Below are positions 36,147 to 44,776 of a stretch of DNA of 62,028 bases, in pieces. How positions within the stretch are numbered: position 1 is the first letter of the stretch; the number at the start of each line of letters is the position of its first letter. Location: positions 1 to 62,028 of the forward strand of contig CAZILW010000002.1 of the NCBI GenBank assembly GCA_964540285.1, given 5' to 3'. The stretch comes from an uncultured Gammaproteobacteria bacterium (GTDB lineage: Bacteria > Patescibacteriota > Patescibacteriia > Patescibacteriales > UBA12465). The notes beneath the pieces were generated by a model. The model was not told the origin of the DNA. It saw nothing but the letters and a program-made list of their open reading frames with translations, and did no database searches. The translations under genes were made by a program, and so were the position numbers.

Positions 36147-37527
36147 ATTTTTTTACTTTCTGTCTTAGTTGATATATAGCCAATATACTTAAAATTATCC
36201 AAAAAATAACTGATAAATCGTTTTTAAAATAAGGCACATCAAAGATTCCATGAATTACAATGATTAGAAGAGAAGAAAATATTCCTAAAAATAAATATTT
36301 TTCTTTATTGTTTTTTTCTTTAATAACTGTTCTGAGAGATAAAAATAAAGATTTAAAAATTAAAAACATAAATATTATTGCTCCGATTAATCCTATTTCT
36401 GTCCAAAAATTTAAGAAAATATTATGAGGGTATAAATAAATTTCAAGTGGCTGCCATCTTTCAGCTCGATATTTATCGTCAAAGATTACTATTTTTCTGT
36501 CAAAATCTGGATCGGCATCTTTGTTGAAGAATAGGCCATCCTGGTGATATTTTTCAATTTTATTTTGATAATTAGCTAGTCCTGCCCCCCATAAAAAATT
36601 ACCATCATTTAGCATTTTCATTGTTTCTTGCCAGCCAACTAGCCTTATTTGATAAGACAGGCTAGAGGATAATTTCAAATTTAACCAATCTTTTTTGTAA
36701 AAATAAAATGATGGCAATAGGATTAAAGTTAAAATTAAAAGATAGGCTTTATATTTCTTTTTAATTAAAATAAATATTGTAATTAGTAAAGATAATGATA
36801 TGGCCAGTAGCACTCCCTTTGATTTCGAAAAATATATTGCTAAAAAACTAGAAATTATAGATATAAATATAATAAGCTGTTTTAAAAAAGAATTTAAACT
36901 ACCCCTTTCTTTAATTTTATAAATAAAAAGCCCGATACTTGCTGGAATAATTGGCCCTAGATATAGCGCAACAGCATTGGGATAGCCAAAAAAAGAAACA
37001 ACTCGGCGATTTTCAGGATTAGCCCAAAAATCATTAAAAATAAATTGACCGGTAATTTTTTGCCAAATAGCTGCTAAAGAAACAGCTAAGGCAGACAGAG
37101 ATAGGGCATAAAATATTTTTTTAATATCCTTTTCACTCCTAAAAATATTTACAATTACAATAAACAAAAATATTGGCTCCAGGAAATAAGCCTTAAATAT
37201 GCCAAGAGCCGAATTACTGAGACCTCCAACAAATATAGCTATAAAAGAAATACATAATATCAATATTATTTCCCAAGAAAACGGATAGGGCGTTTTTTGG
37301 TTTTTGTCTTTTTTTATATTTTTAAATAGCTCTTTTCTTTTATTAAAAATAAGAAAGGTAAAGACTATTAAAATCATTATTTCTAAAAGTGTTGTTGGAA
37401 TTGAAAAAATATTAAATCTAATTAAATAGCTGGGAAGGGCAAATATTAAAACAAGCACAGCCATTTTGAGATTTAAACGGCTTAAAAAAACAAATAATAT
37501 AAAGTATAGCAGTATCAAGAAGTTCAT
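36139..37527 (-). CDS. O-antigen ligase (Wzy_C)-like polytopic membrane protein
   Basis: About 12 TM segments and the SFFGYPNAVALYL motif typical of O-antigen ligase family proteins. Confidence 0.7.
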   Translation of the reverse strand: MNFLILLYFILFVFLSRLNLKMAVLVLIFALPSYLIRFNIFSIPTTLLEIMILIVFTFLIFNKRKELFKNIKKDKNQKTPYPFSWEIILILCISFIAIFVGGLSNSALGIFKAYFLEPIFLFIVIVNIFRSEKDIKKIFYALSLSALAVSLAAIWQKITGQFIFNDFWANPENRRVVSFFGYPNAVALYLGPIIPASIGLFIYKIKERGSLNSFLKQLIIFISIISSFLAIYFSKSKGVLLAISLSLLITIFILIKKKYKAYLLILTLILLPSFYFYKKDWLNLKLSSSLSYQIRLVGWQETMKMLNDGNFLWGAGLANYQNKIEKYHQDGLFFNKDADPDFDRKIVIFDDKYRAERWQPLEIYLYPHNIFLNFWTEIGLIGAIIFMFLIFKSLFLSLRTVIKEKNNKEKYLFLGIFSSLLIIVIHGIFDVPYFKNDLSVIFWIILSILAIYQLRQKVKKYE

Positions 37528-37557
37528 ATATCGAAATTATAACATTTTGTTTTTGAG

Positions 37558-37586
37558 TTGACAATTTTTTTTAAATATTATATAGT
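37558..37586 (+). promoter_or_regulatory. near-consensus sigma-70-type promoter
   Basis: TTGACA (37558-37563), 17-bp spacer, TATAGT (37581-37586). The TTG of the tracked ORF start is the -35 box. Confidence 0.6.
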
Positions 37587-37629
37587 TTTTGGTCGTACTT
37601 TAAAATTGTTTAACCTTAAAAAAAGTAAA

Positions 37630-38205
37630 ATGGCAGTACAAATTTCAACCACTGATCTTTTTAATCTATTTAAATTCATGGAGGAAGCTAATCTTCCCAT
37701 TGAAAAAGTAATAGATTTTGTTAAGAAAGAGGCTCAAAAAGAGGCCGCAAGGAATGGTGAAAACTTTACCCTGGAGATTGATTATGAAAAGAATATTTCC
37801 GAAATGATTGCTGACGGAAAATATTCTCGCTTTGAAGACGAAATTGCTGAGCAGAGCAATCTTTTGCCGATTGGTTTATATGGTTGTGTTATTGGGTTAG
37901 AAGCAAAATTGTTTCATTTTGATTTTCCCATTTGTAGCGAAGATGTTATTTTGGAAATGGAGAAGAATGGATATCGCCCAGCTACTTTGGCCGAGCTTTT
38001 GTCCCTTGGGAAGAGAAATTTGGATACTTGGACGGAGAAGGCTCACATTATCGCTCTTGGCTCTTTTTGGTTTAATGAATTTGAAGAAAAAAGATTAGCC
38101 TGTATTGACGTTGAGCAAAATCAGGTCATTCTTGATGCCGACACCGATTACGATGGTTGTGAGTGGGACAAAACTTGTCGTTTTTTGGCTATAAAAACAA
38201 GCTAA
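37630..38205 (+). CDS. hypothetical acidic cytoplasmic protein (191 aa)
   Basis: Start moved to the ATG at 37630, downstream of the promoter. Has its own terminator. No family recognised. Confidence 0.55.
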   Translation: MAVQISTTDLFNLFKFMEEANLPIEKVIDFVKKEAQKEAARNGENFTLEIDYEKNISEMIADGKYSRFEDEIAEQSNLLPIGLYGCVIGLEAKLFHFDFPICSEDVILEMEKNGYRPATLAELLSLGKRNLDTWTEKAHIIALGSFWFNEFEEKRLACIDVEQNQVILDADTDYDGCEWDKTCRFLAIKTS

Positions 38206-38227
38206 ATTTACGACTTGTAAAAATTCA

Positions 38228-38254
38228 CCCTCGGATTATTTCGAGGGTTTTTTT
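38228..38254 (+). terminator. intrinsic terminator
   Basis: Stem CCCTCG/CGAGGG followed by T7. Confidence 0.75.
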
Positions 38255-38365
38255 ATTTTTAATTATATTAATTATGTGTTAGAATATAAATATAATCATT
38301 TCTTATTGTTACCTTTTTTAGCGATGTTCGTTGTATAAGTTAGAATAATTAATTATTTGTTTCTT

Positions 38366-38941
38366 ATGAGCTCGCAAGAAGAATTAAATTTAATAAAAAA
38401 TTGTCAAAATGGCAATCTAAGTTCGTTTTCCGATCTTTACGATTCTTATTTAGATAAAATTTATCGTTTTATTTATTATCGTGTTAGCCACAAAGAAATA
38501 GCTGAAGATTTAAGCAGTCAAACATTTTTAAAAGCTTTAAAAGCTATTGATTCAGCTGATTTTTCGGAAAAAAATTTTTCTGCCTGGCTATATAGAATAG
38601 CTTATAATTTAGTCATTGACTATTATAGGTCTGACAAAAAAGAAATGTCCTTGGAGAAAGTTCTTGACTTGTCTACAAAAAACAATTTAACAGAGGAGGT
38701 TGATAAAAAAAGAAAGATTGAGCTTATTAAAGGAGCTATGAAATTTTTAAGTCAAAAACAAAAAGACGTTTTAATTATGAGAGTTTGGGATGAACTTTCT
38801 TATAAAGAGATTTCTGAGATAAGTGGAGATAGTGAAGAAAACTGTAAGGTTATTTTTTCTAGAGCAGTTTTAAAACTAAAACAAAATTTACCAGTTGATT
38901 ATTTTATTTTATTATTAATTTTAAATATATTAAAAAATTAA
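38366..38941 (+). CDS. ECF-type RNA polymerase sigma-70 family factor
   Basis: Region 2 (AEDLSSQTFLKALKAIDS...FSAWLYRIAYNLVIDYYR) and region 4 (QKDVLIMRVWDELSYKEISEISGDSEENCKVIFSRAVLKLK). An alternative TTG start lies at 38357. Confidence 0.85.
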   Translation: MSSQEELNLIKNCQNGNLSSFSDLYDSYLDKIYRFIYYRVSHKEIAEDLSSQTFLKALKAIDSADFSEKNFSAWLYRIAYNLVIDYYRSDKKEMSLEKVLDLSTKNNLTEEVDKKRKIELIKGAMKFLSQKQKDVLIMRVWDELSYKEISEISGDSEENCKVIFSRAVLKLKQNLPVDYFILLLILNILKN

Positions 38942-38977
38942 TTATCACTCAATTTTTTAATTGGTGGTTCTAAGAAT

Positions 38978-40618
38978 ATGAATGATGAAAAAAAAATAAA
39001 AAAAATTTTGAACGATTTGTATAAAATTGATTCAGAATTTAAAAAACATGAGAAAAAAATAACTAAGATAATTAAAGAGCTTTTACTTTTACAACCGGAT
39101 ATAAAACCGGATAGTAAATTTGTAGAAGACTTAAAAAGTATGTTACAAACAGAGGAAAAAAAGATTGATAAGAAAAAAAAGGATAAAGAAAAAAATATTT
39201 CAAAAAACTATTTTACTTCTTTTAGTTTTTTATTTGATCTTTCTCGGTCATTTGTGATTGTTTCTGTTTTACTTCTTTTAGTCGTTAGCATTTCTTTTGT
39301 TAAAATTCAAAAAAATTCTTCTAGATTTGTTAGGGAAAACAATTCTAGACTTGATTTTTTAAATGGGCTTCAAGATTCTGTAATTGTTAAAAAGGGAAAA
39401 TATAGCTTTGGTAATCTTTACTCACAATCTACTGGTTCAGAGTCGACTATGCTTAGTTCTAAAGTTGACGGAAGAGCTTATGGTTTGGGATCTGGCAATG
39501 TTTCTATGAGTGCTGAAGCTCAAGAAGCTAGTTTTGTCACTGCTGATGACTTGAGTATAATGCCTATGCCTGTTAAATATAATTATATATATACAGGCGG
39601 AGATTTTGAAATGTTTAGAAACGAAGAAGAGGTTTACAAAAGAGTTCCTTTGGATATTTCTAAACAATTTGGTGGCAATTTTTCTAGCTCTGGATTATTA
39701 ATTGATACTAATAAGTTTAATAATGCCGGAGTTTCTAGTTTTAGTTTAATAGAAGATCGTGACTTTGGCTATAATATTTCTTTTTATCTTGAAGATGGCA
39801 GTGTTTCTTTATATAAAAATTGGAAAAAATGGCCTCGAATTGAAGAGCTTTGTGGGGGTTGGGAAAATTATGAGTGCATAGAAAGTCATCGACTTTCCTT
39901 TGATCAAATTTTGTCTAATGATGAAACCTTGTCTATTGCTGATAATTTTTTGAATGAGTATGGCGTTGATTTGAGTTCTTATGCTCCTGGAGAGGTTCAA
40001 AATGACTGGTTAAGAGATTATGCTGCCGCAGAAGACAAAAGTACTTATTATGTGCCAGAATCTATTAGCGTTGTTTATCCTTTAAAAATTGACAACAAGA
40101 CAGTTTATGAAGAGCATGGCAATAAATCTGGAATTGTTGTTGAGGTTGATATGAAAGAAAAAAAAGTATCTGGTTTATATAGCATGTTTTATCAAAACTA
40201 TGAAAGTTCAGTTTACGAAACTGAAGGTGATAAAGAAAAAATAATGGAACTGGTCTATAATGGAGGATCTTATCCTTACTATGATTATTTTGTTGAGGGT
40301 GAGTACGAAACGGTTGATATTGAATTAGGCTCTCCAAGTTTAGAGTTAGTAAAAATTTGGAATTATGACCAGACAAAAATGACTAGTCAGGAGCTATACG
40401 TTCCAGCTTATGTTTTTCCTGTAATTTCTCAATCTAAACATAGTTATTTTTATCGTAAAAATGTTGTTATTCCAGCAGTTAAAGATTTTTTTAATCGATA
40501 TAATTTTCCTGGACAACCAAGAATTTTACCAGCAGTTTCTTCTGAGTCGGTTGATTTAGACAGTTCAGTTTCTTCTGGTGGGTCTAGTGGTTTTACTGGT
40601 AGTTTGTTAGTAGAATAA
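38978..40618 (+). CDS. membrane-anchored protein with large extracytoplasmic domain (possible anti-sigma partner)
   Basis: Charged cytoplasmic N-terminus of ~85 aa, a single TM helix and a ~430-aa outer domain. Lies immediately downstream of the ECF sigma gene. No family recognised. Confidence 0.5.
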   Translation: MNDEKKIKKILNDLYKIDSEFKKHEKKITKIIKELLLLQPDIKPDSKFVEDLKSMLQTEEKKIDKKKKDKEKNISKNYFTSFSFLFDLSRSFVIVSVLLLLVVSISFVKIQKNSSRFVRENNSRLDFLNGLQDSVIVKKGKYSFGNLYSQSTGSESTMLSSKVDGRAYGLGSGNVSMSAEAQEASFVTADDLSIMPMPVKYNYIYTGGDFEMFRNEEEVYKRVPLDISKQFGGNFSSSGLLIDTNKFNNAGVSSFSLIEDRDFGYNISFYLEDGSVSLYKNWKKWPRIEELCGGWENYECIESHRLSFDQILSNDETLSIADNFLNEYGVDLSSYAPGEVQNDWLRDYAAAEDKSTYYVPESISVVYPLKIDNKTVYEEHGNKSGIVVEVDMKEKKVSGLYSMFYQNYESSVYETEGDKEKIMELVYNGGSYPYYDYFVEGEYETVDIELGSPSLELVKIWNYDQTKMTSQELYVPAYVFPVISQSKHSYFYRKNVVIPAVKDFFNRYNFPGQPRILPAVSSESVDLDSSVSSGGSSGFTGSLLVE

Positions 40619-40627
40619 TCTTGTATT

Positions 40628-40665
40628 AAAAAAAAGAAGTCTCTTTATAGAGACTTCTTTTTTTA
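40628..40665. terminator. bidirectional terminator
   Basis: 9-bp stem GAAGTCTCT/AGAGACTTC flanked by an A-run and a T-run, between convergent genes. Confidence 0.8.
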
Positions 40666-40671
40666 TTTGGA

Positions 40672-41229
40672 TTAAGCTCTTTCTACGTATTCTCCAGTTT
40701 CAGTATTTATTCTAATTACATCTCCTTCATTTATAAATAACGGTACCGTTATCATGGCTCCAGTTTCTATCTCTATTTGTTTATTAACATTTCCACTTGA
40801 GTTTCCTTTTACCCCCGGAGGAGCGCTAACAACTTTAAACTCCATTTTAATTGGCAAGTTTATTGCTACAGGATTGTCATTAAAATACAAAACATCTACA
40901 TTTGTTTCTTCTTTTAGGTATTTTTCTTGCTCTCCAATATCTTCTAGTGATAAAGAAAATTGTTCAAAATTATTATTATCCATAAAATAAGCATTGTCTT
41001 GGTCCTTGTATAAAAAGTTAGCCTTTTTTGTTTCAGTTCGAGCTTCGTCTACCTTGTCGTTTCCTTGATAAGTTTTTTCTAAAACATTTCCATTGATAAG
41101 GTTTTTCATTTTTACTTTTAAAACAGCTCCGCCTCTTCCCATCTTGTGGTGATCAGTTTTGATAACTACAAATGGTTCGCTGTTTATTTCCAAAACTTTC
41201 CCCATTTTTATTTCACTAAGACTTAACAT
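40672..41229 (-). CDS. efp: elongation factor P
   Basis: 185 aa with N-terminal ...GKVLEINSEPFVVIKTDHHKMGRGGAVLKVKMKNL... KOW-like domain and OB domains. Confidence 0.95.
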   Translation of the reverse strand: MLSLSEIKMGKVLEINSEPFVVIKTDHHKMGRGGAVLKVKMKNLINGNVLEKTYQGNDKVDEARTETKKANFLYKDQDNAYFMDNNNFEQFSLSLEDIGEQEKYLKEETNVDVLYFNDNPVAINLPIKMEFKVVSAPPGVKGNSSGNVNKQIEIETGAMITVPLFINEGDVIRINTETGEYVERA

Positions 41230-41245
41230 AATTTTCTAGTTAATT

Positions 41246-41461
41246 TTATTTGTGTGTAAATCCAAGTAAAGCCATTTTTCTAGCTCTTTTTATGGCAACT
41301 GTTAATTTTCTTTGATGCCAAGAGCAAACACCTGTTCTTTTTTTGCCAATAATTTTCATGTAGTAGTTGACAAAATTATACAAATTTTTAGCGTCTTTGT
41401 AGTCAGGTTCAAGATTGTTGGTACAAAAGTGACATTCTTTTGTTTTCTTTTGATTTTTCAT
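41246..41461 (-). CDS. rpsR: 30S ribosomal protein S18
   Basis: 71 aa with C..C...DYKD and RKLTVAIKRARKMALL motifs, in rpsF-ssb-rpsR synteny. Confidence 0.9.
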   Translation of the reverse strand: MKNQKKTKECHFCTNNLEPDYKDAKNLYNFVNYYMKIIGKKRTGVCSWHQRKLTVAIKRARKMALLGFTHK

Positions 41462-41484
41462 ATTTCTTTATAAATTATTTTTTA

Positions 41485-41916
41485 TTAGAATGGAATATCT
41501 TCTATTTTAATTTCATCTTCATCTTCGCTTTCTGGAATAATTATTTCATCATTATTTCCACCAGGCATTGAAGTTTGTCCACCAGCCTTAGGGCTTAAAA
41601 TGATCATGTTTTCAGCAACAATTTCAGTAGTTTTTCTCTTGGCTCCATCTTGGGCTGTCCAGTCCCTGGTTTGTAGTCTTCCCTCGATATACACCTTTGT
41701 TCCTTTGCTTAAATATTGTCCACAAATTTCTCCTAGTTTTCTCCAGGCGATTATATTGTGAAATTCAGCCTTGCTTTGTTGTTGACCATTTTGATCGGTC
41801 CAATTTAAGTTAGTGGCAATTGAAAATGATGTTACTGTTTGCCCAGAGTTAGTGTTTCTAATTTCAGGGTCTCTGGTTAAATTTCCAATTAACATGACTT
41901 TGTTTAAAGAATACAT
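41485..41916 (-). CDS. ssb: single-stranded DNA-binding protein
   Basis: OB fold beginning NKVMLIGNLTRDPEIR, and an acidic tail ending DIPF. Confidence 0.95.
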   Translation of the reverse strand: MYSLNKVMLIGNLTRDPEIRNTNSGQTVTSFSIATNLNWTDQNGQQQSKAEFHNIIAWRKLGEICGQYLSKGTKVYIEGRLQTRDWTAQDGAKRKTTEIVAENMIILSPKAGGQTSMPGGNNDEIIIPESEDEDEIKIEDIPF

Positions 41917-41967
41917 ATTTTTTTATTTTTCTTATTTTGTAATAAGAAAAAATAATTAATTTTTAAA

Positions 41968-42477
41968 CTACAGCAAGTTATCGATATTTAAAACATCATC
42001 TAATTTTTCATCTAGATTTTTTAAATCTATCTTTTTTTCCTCCTCCTTTTTCTTAGAAACCTTTTTTGTCTCTTTTTTGGCCTCTTCCTTTTCTTTTAAT
42101 TCCTCGCTTTTCTTGCTGTCAATTTTTTCTTTGATTTTTTTATCTTTTTTAATTTGTTCTTCGCTTTTAATGTCCTTTTTGACAATTAAAAATCTAACAA
42201 CCTCTTTGTCTAGTCTTAATGTGTCATTTAATTTGGCGATTAAAGTCCTTTCTAGATCAAATTCATAAAGGCCGTAATAACCATAATATTCATGGTTAAT
42301 TGGGTAAGCAAATTTTTTCTTTCCCCAGTAATTTTCTAAGCTGATTTTTCCGTCATGAGAAGTAATTAAATCTCCGACCTTTTTGAAAACTTTTTGAGCC
42401 TCATCATCAGTGAATTTGTTTGGCATAATAAACAAAATCTCATAGTGAATTAGCCCAGATGGTTTTGTTTTTGACAT
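41968..42477 (-). CDS. rpsF: 30S ribosomal protein S6 with long Lys/Glu-rich C-terminal extension
   Basis: S6-like YEILFIM...GKISLENYWGKKKFAYPI core. Start placed at the ATG at 42477. A ~70-aa KE-rich tail follows. Confidence 0.85.
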   Translation of the reverse strand: MSKTKPSGLIHYEILFIMPNKFTDDEAQKVFKKVGDLITSHDGKISLENYWGKKKFAYPINHEYYGYYGLYEFDLERTLIAKLNDTLRLDKEVVRFLIVKKDIKSEEQIKKDKKIKEKIDSKKSEELKEKEEAKKETKKVSKKKEEEKKIDLKNLDEKLDDVLNIDNLL

Positions 42478-42563
42478 AGTCAATCTTAGCAAAATGTTTC
42501 TAAATTTAACTTATTTTAAAGCTAAAAAATAGTTAACATTTTTATTATTATTTTTTAAATTTA

Positions 42564-42678
42564 AATAAAAAAACCCAAAGTATTCAAAGAAAATGGGTTT
42601 CTATAGAATACCTTTAATTCTACTCTTCTGGTAGAATTGACCTTTAAAATAAAGGACGTGGGAAAGGTTATTTAATTT
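42564..42678 (-). ncRNA. candidate ~110-nt leader/sRNA upstream of rpsF, ending in an intrinsic terminator
   Basis: Lies downstream of the promoter at 42685-42713. Internal hairpins are AATTCTAC/GTAGAATT and CCTTT/AAAGG. The terminator is AAACCCA...TGGGTTT (42600-42571) plus a T-run on the minus strand. Confidence 0.45.
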
Positions 42679-42684
42679 GGTAAT

Positions 42685-42713
42685 AATATAGCACAGTGTT
42701 TTTAAAAAATCAA
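42685..42713 (-). promoter_or_regulatory. near-consensus promoter with extended -10
   Basis: On the minus strand: TTGATT (42713-42708), 17-bp spacer, TGcTATATT with the -10 hexamer at 42690-42685. Confidence 0.6.
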
Positions 42714-42781
42714 GCCTTTTGCCTTTCTTTACTGTTTTTTTCTTTTAATGCTATAATTGTTTTATAATAATAAATAAACCA

Positions 42782-43960
42782 ATGAAAAAATATTTTTTTG
42801 TGCTTGGCTCGAACCCCGAATTATCTTTAGCTGAGCTTTTATCCTTATTTCCTAATAACAACTGGCAAAGAATTGACTCTGTTGTTTTTTCCGATTTTTC
42901 TGAAGAGCTAAATTGCATCAATTTGATGGATTTTTTAGGGGGAACAATTAAAATTGGCGAATATTTAAGTGATTTTAGCTTGGCCAATCGCCACGCTCTG
43001 TCTGAATTTACCAAAAAAGAAATAATCAAAATTGCCCAGAAAAACAATGTTAGTGGTAAGTTTAATTTCGGTTTTTCTTTTTATGGAAGTAGAAAGCTTC
43101 CGGGAGATTTTTTTAAACTAGCCTTGGCTGTAAAAAAAGATTTAAAAAAATTTGATATTTCTAGCCGAATTGTAACCTCTCGAGAACAGATTCTGTCCAG
43201 TGTGGTGGTTGAGCAAAACGGATTGGTTAATAATGGTTTGGAGTTGTGTTTTTTTGTAGATAAAAATAAGGTTTTTATTGGAAAAACTTTAACAGTTCAG
43301 CCTTTTAAAGATTTGTCCAAGAGAGATTTTGGTCGTCCCAACAGAGATGATCACTCTGGCATGATCCCGCCGAAATTAGCTCAAATTATGATAAATTTAG
43401 CTAGGGGCGATGATGTCGATTTTAAAGAAAAGAAAATTTTAGATCCTTTTTGTGGTTCAGGAACAATTTTAATGGAGGCTTATCTTATGAGTTTTAGAAA
43501 TATAATAGGTTCTGATCTGTCTGAAAAAGCAATATCTGATAGTCTTAAAAATATTAATTGGATTATAGAGTTTAATGAAGGAAAAACAATAACAAATTGT
43601 GGCAAAAATATTGATATTTTTCAATCAGATGTATTGGATTTGGATAAAAATTTAGATAAAAATTTTATTGATTATATTGTTTGCGAACCATATCTTGGCC
43701 CACAAAGAGGTTTTAAGGATTTTGATCAAGTGGTGAGCGAATTAAATCTTTTATATTCTCGAGCGCTAGATGTTTTTTATAAAATTTTAAAAGAAAAAGG
43801 GAAGATAGTTATGATATGGCCCCAGTTTAGAGCTGGTAATAAAACTTGGAAATTGAATCCTAATATTTTAAAATTTAAATATTTAAGAAAAAGAGGTGAG
43901 CTGGTTTATGGTAGAGATGATCAAAAAGTTTGGCGAGAGATAGTTATCTTGACAAAATAA
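42782..43960 (+). CDS. RNA methyltransferase, UPF0020/Trm11-RlmL-like
   Basis: SAM motif ILDPFCGSGTILMEA, motif IV-like CEPYLGP and an N-terminal THUMP-like region. Confidence 0.7.
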   Translation: MKKYFFVLGSNPELSLAELLSLFPNNNWQRIDSVVFSDFSEELNCINLMDFLGGTIKIGEYLSDFSLANRHALSEFTKKEIIKIAQKNNVSGKFNFGFSFYGSRKLPGDFFKLALAVKKDLKKFDISSRIVTSREQILSSVVVEQNGLVNNGLELCFFVDKNKVFIGKTLTVQPFKDLSKRDFGRPNRDDHSGMIPPKLAQIMINLARGDDVDFKEKKILDPFCGSGTILMEAYLMSFRNIIGSDLSEKAISDSLKNINWIIEFNEGKTITNCGKNIDIFQSDVLDLDKNLDKNFIDYIVCEPYLGPQRGFKDFDQVVSELNLLYSRALDVFYKILKEKGKIVMIWPQFRAGNKTWKLNPNILKFKYLRKRGELVYGRDDQKVWREIVILTK

Positions 43961-43963
43961 AGC

Positions 43964-43992
43964 TTGACAAAATAATTTAAATATGCTATAAT
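43964..43992 (+). promoter_or_regulatory. consensus sigma-70-type promoter
   Basis: TTGACA (43964-43969), 17-bp spacer, TGcTATAAT with the -10 hexamer at 43987-43992. CTTGACAAAATAA is directly duplicated at 43948 and 43963. Confidence 0.65.
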
Positions 43993-44043
43993 ACAGAGCT
44001 GAACATTAAAATTTTTTATTAATTAAAAATAGGAGAAATTATT

Positions 44044-44601
44044 ATGAAGAACGAAATTCTTACCATCTGGCAAAAAATTTATTATGAATGGTTTGGTATG
44101 GAAATAGATATTTCCGACTTTCAAATCCCAGAAAATTACAACCCTGAAAAACACTTTTTAGTGTTAGTCGCTAAGGATATCACCATAAATACCGTTGTTA
44201 AGGCTATGAAAAAAAGATTCAATGTATATTTATATACAGAAGATCTTAATTCCGATGTTACTAAAAATGATCGTAGTTCAGAAGGCGGGCATTATCTTGT
44301 TCTTTTTAACAAAAACGTTGAAGCCGACGAAGAGTTTAAAAACATGTCGACCAATGATCTTGCTAAAAAAGGACATAAAGGCATTATACTGCTTGAGAGG
44401 TTATTATTGGAGGTCTTGTATTATAGCGAAACCAAAGAACATTTAGACATCAACAATTGGACACTATGTTCCGGTTCGCGTAATTCTGGTGGCGATGTTC
44501 CTCACGTCAATTGGTGCTCTGGCAACGTTAAGCTCTTTGTCAATTGGTACGACTCTGACTATTTCTACGTTGGTTTGCGTTCCCGAGTAGTAGTTTCTTA
44601 A
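44044..44601 (+). CDS. hypothetical protein (185 aa)
   Basis: SD AGGAGA 8 nt upstream, with its own promoter and terminator. No family recognised. Confidence 0.55.
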   Translation: MKNEILTIWQKIYYEWFGMEIDISDFQIPENYNPEKHFLVLVAKDITINTVVKAMKKRFNVYLYTEDLNSDVTKNDRSSEGGHYLVLFNKNVEADEEFKNMSTNDLAKKGHKGIILLERLLLEVLYYSETKEHLDINNWTLCSGSRNSGGDVPHVNWCSGNVKLFVNWYDSDYFYVGLRSRVVVS

Positions 44602-44624
44602 CTCTTGAACCTCTTTAAACTCTT

Positions 44625-44655
44625 AACCCTTGTCTTTACAGATGAGGGTTTTTTA
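44625..44655 (+). terminator. intrinsic terminator
   Basis: Stem AACCCT/AGGGTT followed by a T-run. Confidence 0.65.
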
Positions 44656-44684
44656 TTTACTAAAAAATATATAAATAGTATAAT
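44656..44684 (+). promoter_or_regulatory. candidate promoter for tRNA-Pro
   Basis: TTTACT (44656-44661), 17-bp spacer, TATAAT (44679-44684), 18 nt before the tRNA. Confidence 0.45.
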
Positions 44685-44702
44685 TGAAAAAGAAATTTTT
44701 TG

Positions 44703-44773
44703 CGGAGTGTAGTATAATGGTAGTACGCGTGCATGGGGTGCATGTAGCCCCGGTTCGATTCCGGGCATTCCGA
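44703..44773 (+). tRNA. tRNA-Pro(GGG); CCA not encoded
   Basis: Hand-folded. Acceptor CGGAGTG/CATTCCG (one G-U); anticodon arm CGTGC-ATGGGGT-GCATG with G37; 4-nt variable loop; T-arm CCCGG-TTCGATT-CCGGG. 71 nt. Confidence 0.8.
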
Positions 44774-44776
44774 CAT

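Noticed and set aside
37558-37629. TTG-initiated extension of ORF 37558..38205
   Set aside because: The TTG is the first half of a TTGACA -35 box with a correctly spaced -10, so this region is promoter and 5' UTR.
42751-43047. 98-aa minus-strand ORF
   Set aside because: It overlaps the 5' end of the well-supported methyltransferase gene on the opposite strand and its promoter, and no independent signals support it.
44684-44776. 5' part of tracked ORF 44684..45283
   Set aside because: It reads through tRNA-Pro(GGG). The CDS start was moved to 44777.
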